Shown: piece after piece, positions 35,355 to 49,900 of the stretch
Numbering within the stretch: position 1 is the stretch's first letter
Layout: each line of letters opens with the position of its first letter
Assembly: GCA_050084985.1 (NCBI GenBank)
Contig: JBITNC010000002.1
Coordinates: 37,386,001 to 37,450,000 of the forward strand
Direction of reading: 5' to 3'
From: Nageia nagi
Taxonomy: Eukaryota; Plantae; Pinophyta
DNA: 64,000 nucleotides
Program-made: the position numbers and the translations under genes
Notes under the pieces: model-generated
Told to the model about the DNA's origin: nothing
What the model saw: the letters and a program-made list of their open reading frames with translations, nothing else
The model's database searches: none

Positions 35355-38300
35355 AAGGTGTAAAAAGGTTAGAGGTGGATAATGTTGATTGGTTTGAATT
35401 ATTCAATACCATCTAAGGTTTCCAATTTGTATGCTTTAGAACCATATTTTCTCAAGATAATATAAGGACCTAACCAATTAGGTGCAAATTTTCCTCTTTC
35501 AGTTCTTAATTGACTAGTGACTTGTTGATTTTCTTTAAGGACAAGTTCACCAAATTCAAATTCATGATAATATACCTTTTTATTATAAGCTCTCTTGACA
35601 CATTATTGGGAAAATCTCAAATTCTGAAGAGCATTTATATGTTTCTCATTAGGCAAATTGAGTTGTGCTAGTCTATCTTCTCTATATGTATTATCATCAA
35701 TGAATTGTTCCAATGAGACATAGATTGACAAGATCTCAAGTTCAAGTGGTAAAACAACTTTGGTACCATAAACTAATGAAAAAGGTGTTGCACCAATAGA
35801 TGTTCAAATGCTTCTATAGGCCCACAATGCATAGGAAAGTTTTGTATGCCAATTCCTTTTTTAGTCTCTAATAAACTTTTGAAGTGTTTTAATAATAGTT
35901 TTATTAGAGGTTTCAGCTTATTCATTAGCTTGAGGGTAATAAGGTGTGGAGAAACTTAATTGGATATGATATTTATCACACAAAACTCAAACATCCTTAT
36001 TTTTAAAAGGGATTCCATTATCCATGATTAATTTAGAGGGGATTCCAAATCTATAAATAAGGTTGGTCTCAATGAACTCCAAGTGCTTTGATTTCAATTA
36101 AGGACATGGCTTCTACTTATTGAGTGAAATACTTAGTGGTAGTGATTATAAATTTGTATCCTTATGAAGAATGGGGATACACTTGGCCAACAAGATCCAA
36201 CCCCCATTGTGAAAAGGGCCATATGGGTGTAATGAGTTGAAAGTATTGAGAAGGTAAATGATGAAGGTTTGCAAAGTGTTGGCATTTAATGCATTTACAA
36301 ATATATGAAACATAATCTTTTTCAAGTGTTGGCATTTAATGCATTTACAAATATATGAAACACAATCTTTTTCAAGTGTTGGCCAAAAGTATCCCATTCT
36401 TAACAAACATTTTGTAATTGCTATACCACTAAAGTGACCACCACATGTACCATCATGTGCTTGTGATAATGGAAGGGGAATTTCATTAGGTTCAAGACAT
36501 CTTAAAAGGATGCCTTCATAGCCTCTTTTATAAAGGATGTTCCCCAACAAGGTGTATTTAGCACATTTTTATTTAAAGCATCTTCTCTCAATTTTAGTCA
36601 TATCTTGTGGATAAATTCCAAGCTTGAGAAAATCTTTTATAAGAGCATACCAAGGATTAGCATTATCAACTTCAATTTGATTACTGATGGGTCCAATAAT
36701 GTAAGAGGGGTTATGCAATGTGGTGATATGAATAATGAGCTTATATTGATTATCTTGAGAGGGGATGAGAGAGCCTAATGAAGCCATAGTGTTTGAAAAT
36801 CTATTGGTTGATACTGGGGAGGATTCAATGGTATACTTATCAAATTTTAAGAGGAGTTGATCAACAATAAATTTATACTTTTTGAGAACCTCATTATGGC
36901 ATTGATAAGTTCCAAGGACTTTATTAACAATAATTTGATAATTACTAATAATTTTAATGCATTTAAGATTTAGCTTAAGTGTAGTTTGAAGACCAAGGAC
37001 AAGGGCCTCATATTCAACCATGTTATTAGTGCAAGGGAATTTGAATTTAAAAGACAAAGGTATGGGTGCTTCTTGAGGTGTAATGAAAATAATACTAGCA
37101 CCACCCCCCATTTCACATTTGGAACCATCGAAGAAAAGGGTTATGTCAAAATCTTCTTCATTAGTGTAATAAATTCCTCATCTTCAAGCAAAACAAAAAT
37201 GGAATCATTGAGAAAATAAAGTGCCAAGGGTTGTGAATCATGCAATGGAGCTTCAGAAAGTTGATCAATAATAACTTGACCTTTAATATATTTTTGGTTC
37301 ACAAACTCAAGGTCAAATTCAGTTAATATCATTATCCATTTAGATGTGCATGAATTAACATATGCATGGCTCATCAAGTATTTCAAAGGATCACTTCTAG
37401 CAACAACATAAGTCTTATGATTTAGCATATAGTATCTTAATTTACGTGTTGAAAAGATAATATCAAGGCACAATTTCTCAATATGGATGTAATGAACTTC
37501 ATAGTCAACAAGAGTTCTACTTATATAATAAATAGCTTGCTCTTTATTCATGTCATTCTTTTGTGCCAACATGGTCCCAATGGTGATGTCTATAGCAAAA
37601 ATGTATAAGTTAAATGGCCTGGAAGAATTGGGTGGGATCAAAATAAGAGGAGATAAAAGGTATTTTTTGATTTGGTCAAAAGCTTCTTAACACTCTTTTG
37701 TCCATACAAAATTCACTCCTTTATTTAAAATGTGATTAAAAGGTTTGCACTTGTCAGATAATTGGGTAATGAATCTACAAATTGCATTAACTTTATCAGA
37801 TAAACTTCTAATATCTTTAAAATTATGAGGGGAATTATAGATTTAATTTAAGCAAGATCAACCTCAATCCCTCTTCTTAAAACAATGTAACCCAAAAGCT
37901 TTCTAGAAGTTACACCAAATATGCACTTTTTTGGATTAAGTCTTACATTATGCTCAATAAGTTTAACAAAAATATTTGTAAGGACTCCAAGGTGAGTATA
38001 TTTATCTTGTATTTGGTCAAAATATCATCTACATAACATTAAAAAATGTTACCCATGTAGTCATGAAATATATACATCATGGCATGTTGTTATGTGACAC
38101 CTGCATTCTTTGAACCAAAGGGCATGACCTTATAGCAGAAGGTTCCCCAAGGTATTGTGAATGCAATTTTTTGTTGATCATTTTTGGCAATATGAATCTA
38201 ATTGTAATGAATAAAACCATCCATGAATGAGAGCATTTCATTACCTGCAGTTGTGTCCACTATATTATCAATGGTAGGTAGAGGAAAATCATCTTTTAGA

Positions 38301-41300
38301 CAAGCTTTATTAATGTATCAAAAATTAGTGCATATTCAAATACCTCCTATCTTTTTACCAATAGGAACAACATTATAAACCCATGTAGGATAATCAATAG
38401 GTTTGATAAACCCAACATCCAATTTTTTTTTGAAGTTCTTCTTTAACAAGGAGTGCAATTTTCCTAGTTTTTGCTTAATGGTTTTTGCATCTTTTTCAAG
38501 AATAAGATTATGAACAAAAAGATTTGAATCCAATCCAAGCATATCAAAATATTTTCAAGAAAATATTTTAATATACCTTTTTAAGGATCTAAGTAGATAA
38601 CTCTTGCTCTTCCTTAGTTAAGATCTTGCCAAGTAACACAATATGGGGATTACTAGGATCTTTAACAATGTCAACTTCAATTATTTCTTAAATGAGCATG
38701 TGAGAAGTATCATCCAATTGAGAAGGTAAAGGTAATAAATTAAGTTCATCATCCTCATATTGAAAATTGTATTTATCAAAATATTTCTCCATGTTTAAAA
38801 TAACATTCTCATAAGAATCAAAAGTAGAAGAACATTCCCCAAAATAAGCATCCATGTTTAAAAATGTAGGATAAATATCCTTATAATAGGAAGGTAAATG
38901 AGCATAGCCACCAAGTTTATTATCTATAGATTCATCACATAGAAAATAATCAAGCTAAATAGGAGCATTCTTAAGAGAAATATAAATATAATTAACATCA
39001 AGAGGAATTCTATGCAATCTACTATCTAAAAGTTATGTCAAAGGAGTATACAAATTTGTAGATAAAGCGCAAATAGAATGGCTAAATACAACATTAGGAT
39101 CATGCATGATAAAATCATAATGGAATAAGTCCATCATTTCAATGTGTGCAAAATCCTAAGTAAATTCCCCATAATCATGATGAAGCATGAAAGGTGGAGG
39201 GAATGAAGCAATGTCATATTCAAGAGGCATGCTCATGTTGAAAGAAGGATTAAAACAAATCACAAAAGCATCAAGGCTTTGGTAAAGGAACAAAGGATTA
39301 TCAACCACATCAAAACAGGGTAACATAGATCTAATATTTATAGTAGGAAGGATTTCATGAGAAAGAGTATCAACAAATAAAGTTTCTAAGGAGGCCTCCT
39401 CTTCAACATCATCACAAGGAAGTTGAGTGATAGAGAGAGTTTCTTTAGTAGATGTTTTTATTTCACATGAAATGAAATGAGGTGCACTAATGATTAAATC
39501 TTGTTTTTGATAACCTAAAATAGATTTATCAAAGGGTAAACATGGTTCAACAATAATAGGTTCAACAATACCATGTTTAAATCTTCCAAGGCCTTGACCT
39601 TTCCAACCACAAGTCTCATCAAAATATTGAGAAACAAAAGCAAACTTAGACAAATTTTTAGGAGGAACACAAGACAAAGAAAGTTGAGGTTCCTTATTGG
39701 TGTCAAGAGTGGCTAACATAACATTCTTCTCTTTAATGAAAGAGATGGGTTTAATATGTGGCTCTTTGGATGGAAGAGGGTTTGAAGGGAGTCCCATATA
39801 TCTAAGAGAAGGAATGGTAGGCAAGTTTATAATTTTATTGTGTAACTTATATTCTCCAACTTGAGGTATGGTATATGAAACAATGGCTTTATTACTTGAC
39901 TCTCTACTAGAAGGAACCTCACTAGAGATAGCAACATTAGAAGATGTGGCAACATTGGTACTCACAACATGAGAAGATGGGAAAACATTGGGATACACAA
40001 CATTATAAGTGGAGGATGGAACAAAAGGCACAAACATGTAGAATACAAGAAATCATCATAAGAGGAAATAAAATTGTAATACTAAAATGGTTCAAGATCA
40101 GCTTTGACACATGTTAACTTGCCTTCATGATTAAATTTTATGCATTGATGTAATGTAGAAAGTACACACTTCATTTCATCTATCCATGGTCTTCCAAGTA
40201 AAATATTATATTGTAAATTTCATTTGATGATTTGGAATAAGGTATGAAATGTTCTTTGTCCCACCTTGATGGGCAATACTATAGTGCCCATAGTGGTAGA
40301 AATAGTATCATTGAGGGCTCTTAGTTTTAATGTGGAAGAGGATAAGCTACTTGGAGGGATATTAAGATGGTTCAAAGCTAAATAAGAAATATAATTTAAA
40401 CTTGAACCATTATCAATAAAAACTTTTTTAAAATTTAGTCCCTCCATAGAAGCAATAACAAAAAGAGGAGGATGAGGTCCAAGAAGTCTCGACTCAATAA
40501 TATCATGGTCATAGAAAGTTATAGCATTTGAGTCACATGATTGGACATGGCCCATAAATTTGGTAAAGACTTACATATCTTGTGTTTGCACCTCTATTGA
40601 CTTCAATACTTCCATAAGCAGATCTCTATGAGCTTTTGAGGTTTGAAGCAAATCAAAGATGGACATCTTTGTGGATAGGGATTTCAATTGTTGAATGATA
40701 TTGGATTTGATTATGACTATAGGACATATTTGGTTTTGATTGTGAGTAGGGCTTATTGGACCATGTGTTCCTTGAGTATCATTATAATTTGGAGCTTGTT
40801 GTGAATTTGAGGTGTCTTACCTTGGCAAGGTATGCTTTTGATTTCTTGTAGCAAAATGAATCATAGAAACAAAATTAGATGAATAAGGATCATTAATATT
40901 ATTCACTCAATTTATATAAGCTTGATTTTGTATTGAAAGGGAATCTATATAAATATTTAATTTTGATTAGGGGGTGCAAGTGGATTTTCTATAGAAAGGT
41001 TCCCTCTATCAATGAGATCTTGGATTGAATTTTTTGATTGATGACATCTATTGATTTGATATCCTTGAGCTCTATGAAAAGGAAAATATTCATTTTCTCT
41101 ATACCAAGTAGGTTTCAAAGCAAGATGATCTTCTTGTCTAATGTTTAGAAGTGTAATGAGTTGTGCATTTAAACACTTTTGTAAAACATTTAAAAGTAAA
41201 TAGGGAAGAGGAGTATAGTCTCTCTTGGGTCTTGGTGGTCTTGGTCTTTGTTGGTTTCCTTCAACTTGTGCCTTGGTTTGGATGGGATATTGGTTGGTTG

Positions 41301-42603
41301 GTGGTGATATTCATTAAGGAGGTAGATTAGGTGTTGATATGGGTTGACTAAGTGTAACTTGATTTACATATGGTTGTGGAGGAGTAGGGAATGGTCCCTT
41401 TTTCTTTTTATTATCTTGTTTGTTTTAAAGCTTAATGTCATCATTTTGCACATTAACATCTTCAATTATTTTAGCCATTCTGATTGCTTCTTCAAAATAA
41501 GGTAATTTTTGAATTTGAAGTGTATTGGAAATATGTTTGGCACAATTATTTGTAAAAATATAAGTCAATTCGGCTTGTGGGATAGGGAATGTAAGTTTAT
41601 GAACAACAGATATCCATCTTGTCACATAATTAATAATTCATTCATTGTGAAACTATCTAAGGTTGTACAAGTCACTTAATGTATTTTTCCTTTTTATATT
41701 TATTAATAAGTTATTAAGGAAACAATTGGCCAATTGTTGAAAAGTATATAGAGTATGTTGTCCTAAACTATTGTACTAATCAAGTGCTTTTCCAATTAAA
41801 GTCATAGGAAAAATTCTTAACATGAGAGGATCAATATGATTAATTAGATAGCATTCATGTTTAAAAATTCTTAAATTATCTTTAATATCTTCTTTCCCTT
41901 TGAATTTATCAAACTTGGGAAGCTCAAAGTTTGTTGGCCACATGTAATAAGGAACTGAAGGGTGTATTGGTTCATTACACAATTGTTCATAAGTTTGATT
42001 ATTGTTTGAATCTTGGTTACCATCCTCTAATTTTTGTAGTCTATCAAGTATGTGTTGAGTGGAATCCAATAAAGGATTAAGGCTTTAAGTATCAAGTGTG
42101 GAGGATAAAAATGATTGGTTTGTTGTGGCTAAGTAGTGGACGTATGAGAAGTGTGTGTTTGGAATGACTAAAAATTGGATGCTTGATAAGTGTGTTAAAA
42201 AAGGTGGGGGTTGAATGAATGAGGAATTAGGAACATGAAAGGCTTGTGTTGTGGAGTTATAAGAGTTCAGGGGTAAAGAGGTTCGAGTGGTTATAATGGT
42301 AGATGGAATAGAGGATAAAGGCATGGTTTGTGAAATAGTAGGGATAGTGGAAGAGGTAATGGAAATTGAATCAAATGGATTAATTGATAGAGGTTGGGTA
42401 TTTTATGTAATTGGAAAGCTTAATAGATTTGTAAGTTGATTATCTTGAATTTTTTTTGCAATAGCATCAATATTTTCTAGCACATATTGTTCAAAATCAT
42501 TAACTAGGATTTCAATACTTGGTTCCACTATTGATTGTGAAACCAAGATAGAATTTTATGACTTTTCAACTTCTTGTTAGATCTATTTTATAGTTTTAAC
42601 TAT
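35355..42603 (-). pseudogene. gag-pol: Ogre/Tat #1 gag-pol: gag (~42603-40900), protease (~40555-40100), G-patch (~39600), RT (~38700-37850), RNase H (37641-37141), additional RNase H (~37140-36780), integrase (~36560-35355)
   Basis: FELPKFDKFKGKED; KVFIDNGSSLN; GWKGQGLGRFKHGIVEP; GFIKPIDYPTWVYNVVP; KEQAIYYISRTL; FFDGSKCEMGGGA..CTNNMVEYEAL; AHDGTCGGHFSG..GYFWPT. Confidence 0.95.
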
Positions 42604-44010
42604 GGATTTTTAAAAATAATTTTGAAGCAAAAAAAAGATAAAATTTCTTCTATTTAAAAATGCGATCGCATTTCTTATTACATAAAATGCGTTGGTGTTT
42701 ATAGATTTTCCTAAAAATGCATTGATGTTTCCTAAAAATGTGATGTTGTTTTATTAGAGGACTTTTATTAAGCCTATTTTCTTTCAAATTTTGACAAGTA
42801 TGTTCATTTTAATCTCAAGATTTTGGATTCCTAGGAAATAAACAATCATAGATAATGAATGTAAACAGTCACCAATGCAAGCACTCACATATGATCAATG
42901 CAAATTCATTTTGTAGCCCTAGAATACTATTTTGTAAAATTTTTGATATTTGTCTTCCTAAGATGAAGCTAAAAAAACATGTCTAAATGATCCAAATATT
43001 AGTTCTAAAAGAATGGGATTTTGACTAAGATGATTCTCCATTTTAACTGGGTTCAAAGTGGAGTCTGTACCAACCTTAAGGGGAGACTATCTTGATGAGT
43101 GGGCCAAGCATAGTCTAAGTCCTCGATGATGAAATCCAAGAGACCTATATATTGTTCGTGAAGAGAATGAGCCTTGGTGATTAAGTTCAAGGATTCCCTT
43201 TTGTATGTGCATAAGTGTGATAAATAAAAGTGGATAAATCAGATGCAAGTTAATTGAATCCTCACAGCATATTCTAATCACCTAAGATCACCTTTAGTGC
43301 AAGGGGAGAGCATACTCTAAATTATGAGGTTTATGATGTGATTTTTTTTACTAAATATCTCACAAATATTTTTTGGTCACTCAAGATCACTTTTCAATGT
43401 GAGAGGAGAGCATACAAGAATTTTTAAGAGATTATTTAATTGATCAAGTAAGCACACTCAAGATACTATCACAATGACTAATTTGTTTGCCTCAAACAAT
43501 TTAGGATGTGATTTAATGCAAATAACTTAAAATGAGAAGGAAAATGAGAAGTTCAAAAATAAGTAATTATGCACCTTATCCTAATTGAAAACCTTGTAGA
43601 AGAGAAGTTGTCCCATTTAGCACAAATGCCAAGGTGACCAAAAACACAATGTTGAATGCTCACTGATGAAATGTGGTTGCATTTTAGGAAATATTGCAGC
43701 ATTTTTAATGTTGGATAGAAATATGTAGGCATTTTATAGGCTAAAGAGATGCATTTGATAGATTTTAGGAAATGTTATTGCATTTAAGGAAATGTGATTG
43801 TGTTTATACAAATAAATAGAAACACTATTGCATTTCTACCTACATAAAATAGAAAACCAAAACACACAAACACAATGCATGTACAATGACCAAAATGATA
43901 AGATATGAGGAATAATGTACCTTGCAGTCCCTATTCATTAGTAAGATCTAAAAATAGGAAGAAAAACATAAGGATAGGCAAGAGGATCCTTACAAAATGG
44001 ACCAAGGGAG

Positions 44011-44028
44011 GTCTCACTGGGCATGCCA
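44011..44028 (-). promoter_or_regulatory. PBS complementary to the tRNA-Arg(UCU) 3' end
   Basis: Reverse complement TGGCATGCCCAGTGAGAC resembles TGGCACGCCC(G/A)GTGGGAC; 3 bp from the LTR. Confidence 0.8.
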
Positions 44029-44031
44029 AAA

Positions 44032-46262
44032 TATTTTCCAATAAAAACTCTCATTTTTGGGGTTGTTTAAATCTAAAATAAATAGTGATGTGTAAGCTAC
44101 ACTATGTCTTATATGCATAAAACTTAAACAAAAAATGGTTAAAAACACTAAGGAGGCTTGATCAAGCCATCCTTTCAAAATGGACACATAATCTCAAGTA
44201 GAAGATCATGCAAATAATTCAAGGGGGTATTTAAAAATACCATTGTTTACCTAATCATGGTGGCTAATGAAGATCAATGATTAACATTGCTGATTTAATC
44301 CCAAAAGAAACTCCAAATTTGCATAACATTGATCTTTTAATAAAATGCACTAACCCTAGGTGTTTCATGGGAAACACTACCATGTTTATGTAGAAATGTA
44401 TTGACCTTTGACATTTGTGACTGTCAAAATGCTAGGACCCTGGGTGTTTCTAAATTTGCATGCATAAAATAAAAAATTCAAGTCAGAATCATGATCATAT
44501 GATAAGATAGACTCACTACATAAATAGAACATGAAAAGGATGAGAGAAGATCTGGTGGGTATTTCCAAGGTCTAATGGTAGGAACAAGGCTTGAAATGAC
44601 TAATTTCTCCTTGAATCCAAGACCAAAAATACTTCAAAATCTCTCTCCCAAATGCTTAGTTGACTATGATAGATGATCAAAGCTGATAAATTCATCACAA
44701 TAATGCTTCAATCATGTAAAATTAAGTTCTCAAGGACTCATGAAAACTTTCTCTCCAAAAATGTTGTCTCTTCAAATTGATTGATTGATCCTTTGTTTGG
44801 TATTATTGTGATCCTTAATGGAGGGGAGCCTTTGATTAAAGAATCATTTTCCAAGATATAGCTATTGTAATTCAAATTCAAATAGATCTTCCCACTCAAA
44901 ACTAGTTGTTGGTTGATTTGGCCAAGTAGGAAACATGTCTCTTTATCTTTTTGTTCCATGTCAACAAAGCACATTAGTAAATAAGATATTTGATAATGCT
45001 CCAAAATTCAAATTTAAATTTATTAAGATATGATTATGATTAGTGCAATAAAAATTAAAAATGCTAATTACATTTTAATAATAAATAATTTTGATTTATT
45101 ACAAATAATATGACAAATATTATTTAATTACAATTTTTGTTTAATTAAACATGGTAACAAACATGACTAAGTTTAATTGTAATTTTCCCCATAATAGAAC
45201 ATGATCAAAAATATAATTAAACATGATTAAGTTTAATTATATTTTTCAAATGATTATGAATGAGTTGTAATAAATATGTCTAAGTTAAATTACAAATTTT
45301 AAGTGTATAATTGTGATTGAAAATACAAAGAAACATGGCAAAGTTTAATTGTATTTTCCAAGTAAATAATAATGATCAAAAACACATTAGACATGACTAA
45401 GTCTAATATATTTTCTAAGTAAATATTAATGATTGAAAACACATTAGACATGACTAATTCTAATATATTTTTCAAGAAAATATGACCAAAAATGTATTAA
45501 ACAAGACTCAGTCTAATACATTTTCCAAAAAGTAAATATGATCAAAAACATATTAGATAAGACTCAATATAATATATTTCATAAATAAATATGATTGAAA
45601 ATGTATTAAATAGGAATCAGTCTAAAATGTTTTCCAAATATATGATATGATCAAAAATATATTAGATAGGACTCAATCTAATATATTTCCTGAATATATG
45701 TATGATCAAAAATACATTAGACATGACTAAGTCTAACATATCTTCCAAATAAATATGATTGAAAATATATTAAATAGGAATTAATCTAATATATTTTCCA
45801 AATGAGTAAATATGATCAAAAATATATCAGATAGGACTCAATCTAATATATTTCCCCAATAAATATGATTTAAAATACATTAGACATGACTAAGTCTAGC
45901 ATATCTTCCAAATAAATATGATAAAAAATGTATTAAATAGGAATCAGTTTAATACATTTTTCAAATATGTGTATGATCGACATGACTAAGTCTAACATAT
46001 TTTTCAAGTGTGTAATTATGATTAAAAATATATTAGATATAACTCAATCTAATATACTTTTCAAATATATTATTATGATTTGACAAGCATTTAATATGAA
46101 AAATATTAAATGCAAAATTGATTATGGTGAGCAAGTCTATGATTTTCGACATTATTGTTAAAAATTGACCAAGATTGTCCAAATATTTTTAACAATGCTA
46201 AATTTCCAAATATCTTATGTTTTACCAAATGTAATGCAAGGTGACAATTTTAAATGTCTACA
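44032..46262 (-). repeat. 5' LTR of Ogre/Tat #1 (contains the second hairpin array, ~45150-46070)
   Basis: Colinear with 24601-26843. Confidence 0.95.
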
Positions 46263-47069
46263 CAAACCATTAAATGACATGTTACGAAGCTTATGTTATT
46301 AGCAATATCTATGTCACACTCTAATAAGCTTAAAGCATCGAACATCATATCATAAATTTAATGATGTCAACATCATCTATGATGCACTTTTGTAAGCCCT
46401 TCAACATTGAATGTCACACCATTAATACAATGACATCAACATAAGATATGCTATACCTTGGAAAATACTTCAACTCCAAATGATGCACTGTGAAGATGAT
46501 GATGTCAACATAAGAGACATCACACCCCAATAAAGACTTCAACTTTAAAAATCATTTTACAAATATTATAATGTCAGCACAAGATATATCACACTTAAGT
46601 AAATACTCCAAATCTAAATTATGTGCCACAAAGATGTTGAAATCAACACAAGAGATGTCATACCCCAACAAATACTTCAACATTGAATGTCATGTCATGA
46701 AGATGATGATACCAACAACACTTATGTCATACTCTAACAAGACCTTCAATATGAATATCACAATGTGAATATGATTATGTTAGAATAAGAGATATCAAAT
46801 AGTGGTAATGCATTTCCAATGTTGCGATAGATCATGAAATTAATGATAAAGTCTCAGATCATGAAAAAGAGTACAAAACACCATATAGCATGTGACAACT
46901 CACAAAAATTCTCAAAATGCATATGCAAACTTGCAACAAAGATGAAAAATATAAAATTACATCAAATAAGATCAAATTCCATCATGAGGAGCTCTAGTAA
47001 ATTCCACACTCATAATTTGATCTCTAGGTTACAACTCCCCAATGGGTAGGTATTTTTTCCCCCAAACAT

Positions 47070-49900
47070 TTAGTTTCTAATCAAATGAGGAAATGATTAC
47101 CCTACCTTATCTTTATCATACCATTTAGGCTTTCTAATCATGTTTCCCTTGAACCTAATCAACCAAATCTCTTATTATCCCTTTCTAGTATTTTGAACCT
47201 TCTTTAGAAAAATAGATTCTTCCTTCAACACATTCATTATGTGTGGAGTTAAGTCCTTAATGATGGTAATACTTGACCTTCCTTAATTTATAATTCAATC
47301 ATTATTGAGGACTCAATTAACTTTAATTTCTCTATATTAATAATTGAATAGATGTTCATATAGGTAGGAAAATTTATATTTAAGGCATTCTTACTAACTT
47401 GGTCCAAAATATTTAATGGTTCATATCTAATTGGTTTCATCTTCTTACCTAGTCATTCTAATGTTTCTTTACTGAGATAAAACCAAAATTGATCACTATC
47501 TTGAAACTTGTGATCAACACTATGCTTATCATGTCTTAGCTTATACTTTTTTGTCTAATATTGAGTTATTCTTTAACCTTATGGTGAACCTATCAAATCT
47601 TTATTCCTTTACAATTGGCTATACAATCAAATGATGATGGTGTAAGATACCCAAAACATGATTCAAATGGATATTAGTAGTGTAGTTGTATGTATATCTT
47701 TATTATATGAATGTTGGATATACATAAGATGCTCATCCTAGGTCTTAGGATGTTTTGAAAAATACTCATGCAACAACTGCACAACTATCCTATTCACTAC
47801 CTCAATTTGTCTAAAGTTTAAGGATGAAAGGCAATACTCCTTTCAGCTTAGTATCCATATTCTCCCATAAGTTGGTCCAAAACTTTCCTAAAAATCTACT
47901 ACCCCTATCTTAAATAATAGAAGTAAGCAAACCAAAATGTACCCAAACATGAGAAAAGAAAAGGTATGATACGTCTTGTTCAATAAGAGTCTTATTGCAT
48001 GGGATTAACATACACATCTTAATAAAGCTATACACCATAATATATATGTAATCATGCCCCTTCTTGGAAAAATTTAATCCTCCCATAAATTCCATATAAA
48101 TGCTCTCCCAATATTTGTTTGGAATAGGAAGTAGTTGATATAAACCCAATTTACAATTTCTAGGATTGCTAGTGCAATACAACATATAATCCTAGATATA
48201 CTTTGAAACATATAATCCTAGATATACTTGCATTCCAAGATAGTAGTGCAAGAGACCAAGATCAGTCAATACCCAAACTTATTATTGACAATACAATACC
48301 TATGAATATTTGTGAAAGTCTTTCCAACCCCAAAATGACCAACAATATGAGATGAATAAGCTTCTTGAATGAATTGAACTCTCTCTCCTTCTAGAACACA
48401 AAGTAAATTAATCTTATATAGAATTCCATCCTTCATATGAAAATCAATCTCCTCCTCATATGTAGGAGACTATATCAATTTTAGATAAACATCCTTAAAG
48501 TTTGAATTTTGCAGATATGCTTCATGAATAAAAGGATTAAAATTCATAATACTATTCAAACCAAAAATATGTTGATTAATAAACAATGGTCTGGAAAATA
48601 TATCTACAAATTTTTTATGCTTCCCTTCTTATATTTGATTATAATATGAAATTAATGCAAAAATCCCATCCACCAAAAATATCAAGCTTGTTGTAATTTG
48701 GAATGAGTTTGCAAATATTATGATGGCTGATGGTCAATATGAATAATAGTTTCTTTTCTCATCAAGTAATGCTTACACTTCTTTACAACTTCAACTAGAG
48801 AAAATAATTCTTTATCATACTATACTAAATTTCTCCAAATAAAAATATACATATTATCTTCCTTATATTAAAATTGCCCCATGGCATACTCACATCAATA
48901 TTTATTTCAAATAGCTGATACAAAATGGGAAGTACCAATACAAGTGCAATTACAATATTTTGCTTCAAATATTCAAAAGATAATTGTTGCTTAGTACCCC
49001 ACTAAAAAACTAACCTTTTACTGATAACATCATGTAATGGAGAAGCGATGCTAGAAAAATCATAAATGAATTTCCTAAGGTATTGAAGAACCCCTAATAA
49101 GTTTTTATTCTCAATCACATTAGTGGGTCTAGGCTACTCAAAAATGACTCTAACCTTCTTAGGATCTATCTTAAGTTATCCTTCTCCAACAACATGTCCT
49201 AGATACACCAAAGATTTCTTGTCAAACTCACATTTGCTTAGTTTCAACAATAATTTTTCTTGTTTTATAGCTTGAAATACTTGTATAATATGTTGTAATT
49301 GTTTATCCTAATAATTATTAAAAATAATAATATCATCCAAATATACAATAATAAAAGAATCAATAAATGGTAAGAGAACTTCATTCATTATTCACATAAA
49401 AGTAGTCAATGCATTGCAAAGGGAAAAAGGTAACACAAACCACTTGAATAAACCTTATTTGGTCTTGAAAGTGATTTTCCATATTTTCACTTCTTTGATT
49501 ATCACTTGATGATATCCACTCCTAAGATAAAATTTTGAAAAACACACTACCCCTTGCAGTTGATCCATAAAATCAATAATATAAGGTAATGGATATTATT
49601 TTTTATCATAAATATGTGCAATTCTTAATAATCAATACTCATTCTCCAAGATCCATCCTTCTTCAAAATTAACACCATAGGTGATCCACACAAAGACAAA
49701 CTAGGTCTAATTACCCCTTGGTCCAAAAGCTAACAAATCTCCTTCTTAATCTCCTCACACTCCATAATGGATTACCAATACAACCCAATATTTGGAAGTA
49801 GAGAATAAAGCAATAATTGAATCTCATGTTCAATTTTCTACTTGGGTGGTAAACCTTTTGTTTCAACAAAAACCTCTTCAAAATCATGCAAAAGGGTTTG
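47070..49900 (-). pseudogene. pol: Chromovirus pol remnant: RT, RNase H, integrase and chromodomain-like tail
   Basis: KLGLYQLLPIPNKYWESIYMEFMGGL..GHDYIYIMV; RT motifs FIIVYLDDIIIF and GYHQV; tail KKVQNTRKG**EIWLIRFKG..KWYDKDKVG*SFPHLI. Confidence 0.88.

Larger units (their letters stand above)
24601..46262 (-). mobile_element. Complete Ogre/Tat Gypsy retrotransposon (21.7 kb), decayed
   Basis: LTRs 24601-26843 and 44032-46262 start TGTAGAC on the minus strand; PBS TGGCATGCCCAGTGAGAC (tRNA-Arg type); PPT AAAAAAGGAGCAAAA; TSD TGAAT/CAAAC (transition-decayed); gag-PR-Gpatch-RT-RH-aRH-INT order. Confidence 0.95.
24420..46830. repeat. ~63-65 bp degenerate tandem array in the chromovirus LTR, split by the Ogre insertion (24420-24600 and 46263-46830)
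   Basis: Repeating GATG(A)TGTCAACA...TAAG(C/A)CTT(C)AAC units on both sides of the insertion. Confidence 0.75.
23954..49900 (-). mobile_element. Chromovirus-type Gypsy retrotransposon, 3' part; 3' LTR (~23954-24600 plus 46268-47033) split by Ogre/Tat; pol interrupted at 49901
   Basis: LTR end ...GGTTACA (47033) followed by PPT complement CTCCCC; RT, RH, INT and chromodomain-like remnants at 47070-49900; the ~63-bp repeat array continues across the Ogre insertion. The left LTR boundary is approximate. Confidence 0.75.
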
